Below, piece by piece: positions 58,398 to 64,000 of a stretch of 64,000 nt of DNA. The notes under the pieces are model-generated. The model saw only the letters and a list, made by a program, of their open reading frames with translations. It searched no databases and had not been told where the DNA came from. This DNA comes from Polyangia bacterium (GTDB lineage: Bacteria > Myxococcota_A > Polyangia > JAHFDS01 > DATFWX01). How positions within the stretch are numbered: position 1 is the first letter of the stretch; every line of letters begins with the position of its first letter. The stretch spans positions 2,659 to 66,658 of the forward strand of contig DATFWX010000154.1 of NCBI GenBank assembly GCA_035258845.1, read 5' to 3'. The position numbers and the translations under genes were made by a program.

Positions 58398-58796
58398 ATG
58401 ACGAAGAGCGACAAGGTGGCCGCGCGGCTGTCCCACACCGGCCTTTCGAAAACCCTGGGCGAGGTGGTGCTGGGTTGGGGAGACGGGCGCGCCCAGGTCG
58501 AGCTCGCGGTCTCGCCGGCGGTCTTAAACCCGGTCGGGGCGCTGCACGGCGGCGCGCTGGCCACGCTCATCGACTCGGCGGGCACGATCGCGATCATGGC
58601 CACGCATGCGGAGGCGGCGCCCGGCGTGACCACGGATCTCAACGTGAGCTACCTGGCTCCGACGCGCGCGGGCAAGGTGGTGGCGGAGGCGCGGGCAGTC
58701 AAGGTCGGCCGCACGCTGGCGTTTGCCGAGGTCGAGGTCCGGCGCGCCGACGGGGTGGTGGTGGCGGTTGGCAGGATCACAAAATACATGGGCTGA
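58398..58796 (+). CDS. PaaI-family hotdog-fold thioesterase
   Basis: ...NPVGALHGGALATLIDSAG... and ...GRTLAFAEVEV... Confidence 0.8.
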   Translation: MTKSDKVAARLSHTGLSKTLGEVVLGWGDGRAQVELAVSPAVLNPVGALHGGALATLIDSAGTIAIMATHAEAAPGVTTDLNVSYLAPTRAGKVVAEARAVKVGRTLAFAEVEVRRADGVVVAVGRITKYMG

Positions 58797-58834
58797 TCTT
58801 GACCTCGGCCCCGACGACGATTACACCGTAAGAG

Positions 58835-60553
58835 ATGCGGGTGGTCGATGTGGAGCTGGGCTCGGGCACGCTGACGGCGCGCGAGGTCGCGGCGGTCGGG
58901 CCCATCGACCTGGCCGTGCGCGACCCCGGGTGCCAGGATGCGCTGGTCTTCGGCTGTGGCCCCCTGTCGACGCTGGAAGTGCCGGGCTCGCATCGGCTGG
59001 TGGTGTCGGGCTGGTCGCCGCTGTGGGCCGGCCGTGGCATCTCGACCATCGGCAGCGCCGCCCTGTCGCTGCACGCGCTGGGCCTGCGTGCGCTGGTTCT
59101 GCACGGGCGCGCGGGGCCGGTGGGACGGCCGGCCGCGCTGGTGTTGGCGGGCCATCCCGTGCGCGCCCGGGTGGTCGAGATCGATGCCGAGGCGGCCTGG
59201 CACAAGCGGGGCGCCTACGGGCTCCTGGCGGCGGCCGCGCGGCTTCTGGATGAGCCTGCGCGCGTGCTGTGCGTGGGCCCGGGGGCGCGCGCGACCCGCT
59301 TCGGCGCCATCGGCTCGGCCAGCGCGGGCTCGGACGTGTTCGACACCTGGGCCGGGCGCGGCGGGTTCGGTACCCAGCTTCTGGGAGCACACGGCCTGTG
59401 CGCCCTGGTTTTGCCAGCGGGCGAGCGGACGCGCGTGGGCAACTTCGTGCCGCCCGACGCGCTCGAGGCCGCGACCGTCAAGTATCGCTATGACCCGCGG
59501 CTCAAGACCGGCGGCACCTTCGGCGGCAACATGGCCTCGCTGCGCGAAAAGCTTCTGTGCATGAACGATCGATCGATCTACTGGTCGCCCGCGCTGCGGG
59601 AAGCCGCCTACGAGCGGCTGGTGGCGGGGCATTATCTGGCCCAATTCCAGGGCGACATGAAGGGACGCCGCGGGCGCGACTGCGGCGAGACCTGCCCGGC
59701 CGACTGCAAGAAGATCGATCAGGGCGGGCACAAGAAGGACTTTCAGCCCTACCAGGCGCTGGGACCCAACCTGGGCGTGTTCGATCAGCGCGCGGCCGAG
59801 GCGGTCAACGACGCCTGCGATGAGTGGGGGCTGGATGCGGTCGAGCTGGGCGGCGTGGTGGCGCTGTTGATGGAGCAGTCGGGCTGCGCGCACTGGGATC
59901 CAGAAAACTTCGATCCGGTGACCGATTCCGAGCACAATGCCAAGCTGGCGTGCGAGATCGCGAGCCAGGTCGCGCGCGGCGGGCGCGGCGCCGCCGGGGT
60001 GCGTGCGCTGGCGCGGTCGCTCGCGGGCGCGGCTGGCGACGCCGCCGTCTACGTCGCGCACGGCGAGGCCGGCGGCATGGCGCCCAATCAGTACTGGGTG
60101 CCCGGGATCCTGGCGCCGGTCGCGGTCGGCGGCCGCTATTATGTCGACTACTCGTTCGAGTTTGCGGCCCCGCGCGAGCTGGGCCGGCGCTGCGCCGAGC
60201 GCATGGTGCGCGAGCTGGCGCTCGACAACCTGGGCCTGTGCCGCTTCCAGCGCGAGTGGGCCGAAGGGCGCATGGACGAGCTGGCGCGCGCCGCCCGGCT
60301 GGAGGTGGATCCGCTCGAGCACCATCGGGAGCTCGCGCGTGCGCTCGATGACGCGGCCGCCCCGCGCCCGTGGGAGACCGCGCGCACGCGCGACCTGGTC
60401 AAGAGTTACCTCGACGAGGTGGCGCGCGACGGCCGGCCCGACCCGGCGCTCTCGGCCTGGCGCGCCGGTTTCGCGGCCGATCGCGACGCGGCGGCGGGAG
60501 CCTACTGGGCCGAGCTGCGGGCCGGGATCCGAGAGCGATTGGAGAGCACATGA
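58835..60553 (+). CDS. aldehyde:ferredoxin oxidoreductase (AOR) family protein, divergent
   Basis: AFOR_N-like N-terminus (...FGCGPL...G..R..VSGWSPLW..). Cys cluster DCGETCPADC and the late ...ALDNLGLCRF... motif. 572 aa. Confidence 0.7.
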   Translation: MRVVDVELGSGTLTAREVAAVGPIDLAVRDPGCQDALVFGCGPLSTLEVPGSHRLVVSGWSPLWAGRGISTIGSAALSLHALGLRALVLHGRAGPVGRPAALVLAGHPVRARVVEIDAEAAWHKRGAYGLLAAAARLLDEPARVLCVGPGARATRFGAIGSASAGSDVFDTWAGRGGFGTQLLGAHGLCALVLPAGERTRVGNFVPPDALEAATVKYRYDPRLKTGGTFGGNMASLREKLLCMNDRSIYWSPALREAAYERLVAGHYLAQFQGDMKGRRGRDCGETCPADCKKIDQGGHKKDFQPYQALGPNLGVFDQRAAEAVNDACDEWGLDAVELGGVVALLMEQSGCAHWDPENFDPVTDSEHNAKLACEIASQVARGGRGAAGVRALARSLAGAAGDAAVYVAHGEAGGMAPNQYWVPGILAPVAVGGRYYVDYSFEFAAPRELGRRCAERMVRELALDNLGLCRFQREWAEGRMDELARAARLEVDPLEHHRELARALDDAAAPRPWETARTRDLVKSYLDEVARDGRPDPALSAWRAGFAADRDAAAGAYWAELRAGIRERLEST

Positions 60554-60683
60554 GACGAGCCGAGGGGCCCCACGCAAGCGAAGATCCTGCTCCCGCCCGG
60601 CTCAACCAGAGCGTGGGGCGAGGCGAGTCTGGAACGGCCATCTCGGCGGCGAAGCGCCAGCGGAGCCGCATGGTGGGCATCAC

Positions 60684-61454
60684 ATGAAGCCGCTGCGCTG
60701 GTGGGCGCCGGTCGGGAGCGCGGCGATTGCGCTGGGAGCGGGCCTTTTGCCCTATGCCGCCCTCAATTCCGCGGGCAAGATGCCGCTCTGGCTGCGCGAC
60801 CACCCCTGGCCGATGGAGCTTACGGCGGCGCTGGCCACCGTGGTCGCGGTGACGCTGGCGATACGCGCCTTTCGCCAGCACCGGGTGCGGGTGGTGGCCA
60901 CCCTATGCGCGCTCTTGGCGACCGGGGCCACGGCATTGTTTGCGTCCGTGGTTCACGTCGGGAGCTATCAGCTGCCGCCGCCGCCCCGGGAGCTCGCGGT
61001 GGGCACGGCCGCGCCCGATTTCACGCTGCCCGACCAGACCGGCCACCCGGTGGCGCTGGCCTCGCTGCGCGGACATCCCACGCTGCTCGTGTTCTACCGC
61101 GGCTTCTGGTGACCGTTTTGACACTCCGAGCTGGCCGGTCTGGCCAGCCACGCTCCCGAGTTCGATGCCGCCGGCGTTCGCATCCTGGCCATCAGCGTCG
61201 ACCCGCCCGACGAGTCGGCCAAGCTCAGGCAGGACCTGGGCCTACCGTTCCCTTTGCTCTCGGATGCCGACGAGCAGGTGATCAAGCGCTACCACCTGCT
61301 GCACGAGAAGGGCAATCGGGGCGCAGACATCGCACGCCCGGCCAATCTCCTGCTCGACCGGGAGGGCATCATCCGCTGGGCCATGTTCACGGACAACATC
61401 CGGGTGCGTCCGCATCCCGAGGTGCTGCTCCAGGCCGCTCGCGAGCTACGCTGA
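60684..61454 (+). CDS. membrane-anchored peroxiredoxin-like (PRX_like2 / AhpC-TSA) protein with two in-frame TGA codons at the CxxC positions; putative di-selenocysteine protein
   Basis: ATG at 60684 and three TM-like segments. ...LLVFYRGFW is followed by TGA (61110-61112), P, F, TGA (61119-61121), then HSELAGL...RILAISVDPPDES...LPFPLLSDADEQVIKRY...ANLLLDREGIIRW..., all in one frame, ending at the stop 61452-61454. The tail is the listed ORF 61254..61454, same frame. Confidence 0.7.
61130..61148 (+). promoter_or_regulatory. SECIS-like recoding hairpin
   Basis: GCUGGCC-GGUCU-GGCCAGC: a 7-bp perfect stem with a 5-nt loop starting GGU. The loop starts 24 nt after the first UGA and 15 nt after the second. 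Confidence 0.55.
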
Positions 61455-61455
61455 T

Positions 61456-62547
61456 TCAGCGCCGGAACTGCGGCACCACCTCGTGCGCCAGAAGGTCGAG
61501 CGAGGACAGCACTTCGGCGTGCGGCACCCCGCCCGCGCCGGCCGCGCACAGAAGGTGCGTGACGCCCCGCTCCGCGAGCTGCGCGATGCGCTCGCATACG
61601 TCGTCGGGCGTACCGGCCAGAATCATGTTCATCTCCATCAGCATCTCGAACATGCCGTCGGGATTCTGCATGAACTCGTGCATGCTCTGCCCGCTCGCCC
61701 CCAAAAGCTTCTGCAGCTCGCCGTAGCTCTCGTAGGTCTTGGGCGCCCGCTCCAGGACCGGGCGCGTGAGCTGCAGCAGGAGCCGGTAGAACCACGCGAT
61801 GTTGCGCTTGCCCACCTCGTGCGCATGCTGGCGGTTATTGGCCACGAACAGGCCCAGCGTCATCGCGAAGCGCAGGTCGCCGGCGGCACGCCCGGCCGCG
61901 CTCCAGCCGGCTTTGAAGCGCTCCAGGTCCTGGAGGATCATGAAGCCGGGCTTGAAGGGGCCCGCCAGCACGCCCCAGCCGCGCTGGGCCGCCAGGTCAT
62001 AGGTCTCCGGCGAAACCGCGGCCGTCCAGATGGGCGGATGCGGCGTCTGCACCGGCTTGGGCAGCACCTCCACGTCGGCCACCTTGAAGTGCCTGCCCGC
62101 GTGCTTGACCCGTCCGGGCTGCCATGCGCGCAGGATGACGTCCATGGACTCGTCGACCAGCGAGCGCGAGTCCTCCATCTTGACGCCGAAAGTCTCGTAC
62201 TCGACCGGTGTGAAGCCGCGCCCGACCCCGAACTCGACCCGTCCGCCCGACAGGATGTCGAGCGTGGCGATGCGCTCGGCCACCCGGACCGGATGCCAGA
62301 ACGGCAAGAGCACGATGGCGTGGCCGAGCCGGATGCGCCGGGTCCTCTGCGAGGCCGCCGCCAGGAACAGGTCGGGCGCCGACGCGTGCGAGTATTCGCG
62401 CATGAAGTGGTGCTCGACCAGCCAAACGCTGTCGAGACCCAGCCGGTCGGCTTGCTCGATCTCGTCGAGGGTCTCGCGGTACACCTGCGGCTCGGTCTTG
62501 CCCGTGAATCCCGGAACTGCCAGCTCGTAGAACAGGCCGAAATGCAT
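61456..62547 (-). CDS. LLM-class (luciferase-like) flavin-dependent oxidoreductase
   Basis: Start at MHFGLFYELAV... (363 aa). ...DSVWLVEHHF... and ...GGRVEFGVGRG... The upstream part of ORF 61456..63075 is shadow sequence. Confidence 0.8.
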   Translation of the reverse strand: MHFGLFYELAVPGFTGKTEPQVYRETLDEIEQADRLGLDSVWLVEHHFMREYSHASAPDLFLAAASQRTRRIRLGHAIVLLPFWHPVRVAERIATLDILSGGRVEFGVGRGFTPVEYETFGVKMEDSRSLVDESMDVILRAWQPGRVKHAGRHFKVADVEVLPKPVQTPHPPIWTAAVSPETYDLAAQRGWGVLAGPFKPGFMILQDLERFKAGWSAAGRAAGDLRFAMTLGLFVANNRQHAHEVGKRNIAWFYRLLLQLTRPVLERAPKTYESYGELQKLLGASGQSMHEFMQNPDGMFEMLMEMNMILAGTPDDVCERIAQLAERGVTHLLCAAGAGGVPHAEVLSSLDLLAHEVVPQFRR

Positions 62548-62558
62548 GCTCGCGCCTC

Positions 62559-63389
62559 CTATACGGTGGGCAGGAAATCGATGCGCAGGGGCGTTCCGTC
62601 GGGCACGCACTTGTAGCGATCGAAGTCGGTCACGCCCTCGGCGCGCAGGAGGTCCTCGTCGATCAGAGCCTGGGCCGTGCGCGCGCTCGGCGGCCTGCTC
62701 ACGATCAGAAGGGTTGCGTCGGCCAGGATTTCGGCCTTGCGCCACTGGGCGGGCGTGCCGACCTGATAGTTGATGGTGGCCTGCGACTCGATGACCGTGG
62801 CCGGCCACAGCGAGTGCACGGCGACATTGTGCGCACGCACTTCCTCGGCCAGCCCCAGCGTCAGCATGGTCATGCCGTACTTGGACATGAAGTAGGCCAC
62901 GTGGCCAGACAGCTTGCGCATGTCGATGGGTGGCGACAGATTCACGATGTGGCCCCAGCGCCGCTCGATCATCGACGGCAACAGGGCCTGGGCGCACAGA
63001 AAAGCCGCGCGCGCGTTGACGCCCATCACCAGGTCGAAGCGCTTGACCGGCGTCTCCAGCACCGGCCGCCACCACAGCGCGCCCGCGTTGTTGATCAGGA
63101 TGTCGACGTGCCCGAAGGTGTCGAGCGTGCGCCGCGCCAGGTTCGCGATCTGATCCTCGAACCGGACGTCGGTCGGCACGACCAGCGCCCGCCGGCCCAG
63201 CGCCTCCACCTCGCGCGCCACGTCACCGAGCGTGCCCGGCAGCTTGGGATGGGGCTCGACGGTCTTGGAGGCCAGCACGAGGTCGGCGCCCGCGCGCGCC
63301 AGCGCGAGCGCGATGGCACGGCCGATGCCGCGGCTGGCCCCCGTGACGACAGCGACCCGCCCGGTCAAACTCTGAGAGCCCATGGACAT
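62559..63389 (-). CDS. SDR-family oxidoreductase
   Basis: TGASRGIG, NNAG and YFMSK motifs. Confidence 0.85.
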   Translation of the reverse strand: MSMGSQSLTGRVAVVTGASRGIGRAIALALARAGADLVLASKTVEPHPKLPGTLGDVAREVEALGRRALVVPTDVRFEDQIANLARRTLDTFGHVDILINNAGALWWRPVLETPVKRFDLVMGVNARAAFLCAQALLPSMIERRWGHIVNLSPPIDMRKLSGHVAYFMSKYGMTMLTLGLAEEVRAHNVAVHSLWPATVIESQATINYQVGTPAQWRKAEILADATLLIVSRPPSARTAQALIDEDLLRAEGVTDFDRYKCVPDGTPLRIDFLPTV

Positions 63390-63419
63390 GCACCCAACCT
63401 AGCATGGTAGGATTCGGTC

Positions 63420-64000
63420 GTGGCGCGCCTGGTGTTGCTCCTGGCGGTGGCCGCCACCGCTTGCCAGTTCGATTCCAGTGGGACCGTGCGCGGCTCCGAC
63501 GCCGGCGGCCCGCCGCCCGCCGACGCGCCCCAGCAGCAGCCGTCCGACGCGCAGCCGCCCGACGGCCGGCCCCCCGATGCCTCGCCCACCGCCGGCTGGA
63601 CCCGCCGCCGCAAGCTCAGCTTCGACAACAGCGCGCAGGCCGAGAACCTGGTCGACTTCCCGGCGCTGGTGGTGATCCGTCCCGACCGCATCGACTACGC
63701 GCACACGCAGTCGGCGGGCCAGGACCTGCGCTTCGTGGCAGCCGACGGCGTAACCTTCCTGCGCTACGAGATCGAGCGCTGGGATCCCACCCGGACCTCT
63801 TACGTCTGGGTACGGGTGCCGCTGATCAATGCCAGCTCGACCAGCGACTTCATCTGGATGTACTACGGCAACCCGACCGCACCCGCGCTCGATCCGAGCA
63901 GCGCGGCCGCGGTCTGGCAATCGTACCGGGCGGTCTGGCATCTGGGCGCCGGGCTCTATGACTCCTCGGGCCACCAACCTGATGCCACCGACTCGGGCGG
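63420..64000 (+). CDS. DUF2341-domain lipoprotein, N-terminal fragment; 3' end lies outside the window
   Basis: Not in the ORF track because no stop occurs before the window edge. GTG at 63420 is the first start after an in-frame TAG at 63408. VARLVLLLAVAATAC (lipobox). ...KLSFDNSAQAENLVDFPALVVI...DLRFVAADG..LRYEIERWD....YVWVRVP......FIWMYYGNP... is DUF2341-like. Confidence 0.6.
   Translation, partial: MARLVLLLAVAATACQFDSSGTVRGSDAGGPPPADAPQQQPSDAQPPDGRPPDASPTAGWTRRRKLSFDNSAQAENLVDFPALVVIRPDRIDYAHTQSAGQDLRFVAADGVTFLRYEIERWDPTRTSYVWVRVPLINASSTSDFIWMYYGNPTAPALDPSSAAAVWQSYRAVWHLGAGLYDSSGHQPDATDSG

Noticed and set aside
60684-61454. Reading the peroxiredoxin-like gene as an ordinary pseudogene, or as two separate ORFs (stop at 61112; new ORF 61254..61454).
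   Set aside because: Both stops are TGA and fall exactly on the two Cys positions of the family's CxxC motif. The frame and family-like sequence continue for 111 codons. A SECIS-like hairpin follows. Pseudogene status cannot be excluded without the rest of the genome (sel genes), so the feature confidence is 0.7, not higher.

Overview
This 64 kb window is high-GC by eye (I did not compute it). It is chromosomal and densely coding. The many lipobox lipoproteins, the FHA and ECF-sigma/anti-sigma genes, an AgmX/TonB-C-like domain and the Planctomycete-type cytochrome-motif proteins suggest Myxococcota, but that is inference only.

I support about 65 protein genes. I saw no rRNA, tRNA, CRISPR array or intact mobile element. 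Many long ORFs in the six-frame track are GC-driven shadows of the real genes (Arg/Ala/Gly/Pro-rich, overlapping a family-recognisable gene) and I ignored them. Start codons were refined from Met/Val positions, ribosome-binding sites (RBS) and stop-start overlaps.

Gene content in order:
- A 4-gene lipoprotein / CXXCH-motif / Tat operon (448-4817).
- FHA gene, gnd and two Cys-rich lipoprotein paralogues.
- An aminotransferase.
- A LolA-like protein plus outer-membrane (OM) barrel, a TPR protein and an ECF sigma/anti-sigma pair.
- A molybdenum / Fe-S neighbourhood: rhodanese-MoeB, a sulfite-oxidase-fold (SUOX-fold) protein, an orphan NuoB, an A-type Fe-S carrier and a GlcD-like oxidase.
- Nudix, metallo-beta-lactamase-fold (MBL), methyltransferase and aroF genes.
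- Grx-like, TlpA and DUF1111 di-haem genes.
- A 983-aa protease / PD40 / Omp85 fusion protein.
- The canonical rpoN-hpf-ptsN-hprK-rapZ-EIIA(Man)-ptsH-ptsI cluster, then pyrG.
- A 14.5 kb envelope cluster (42.8-57.3 kb) built from mirror-image GT-C/MMPL gene pairs.
- PfkB kinase, PaaI thioesterase and an AOR-like oxidoreductase.
- LLM and SDR oxidoreductases.

Most notable observations:
1. A membrane-anchored peroxiredoxin-like gene (60684-61454) has both cysteines of its CxxC redox motif encoded by in-frame TGA codons. A SECIS-like GGUCU-loop hairpin lies just downstream. This suggests a U-x-x-U di-selenocysteine protein.
2. Four long hairpins have arms that are themselves tandem 7-9 nt repeats. 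Each fills a minus-strand intercistronic gap, including the ptsN-hprK gap.
3. The mirrored GT-C/MMPL/GT2 cluster carries an embedded polyferredoxin.
4. A sulfite-oxidase-fold protein is translationally abutted to an orphan NuoB.
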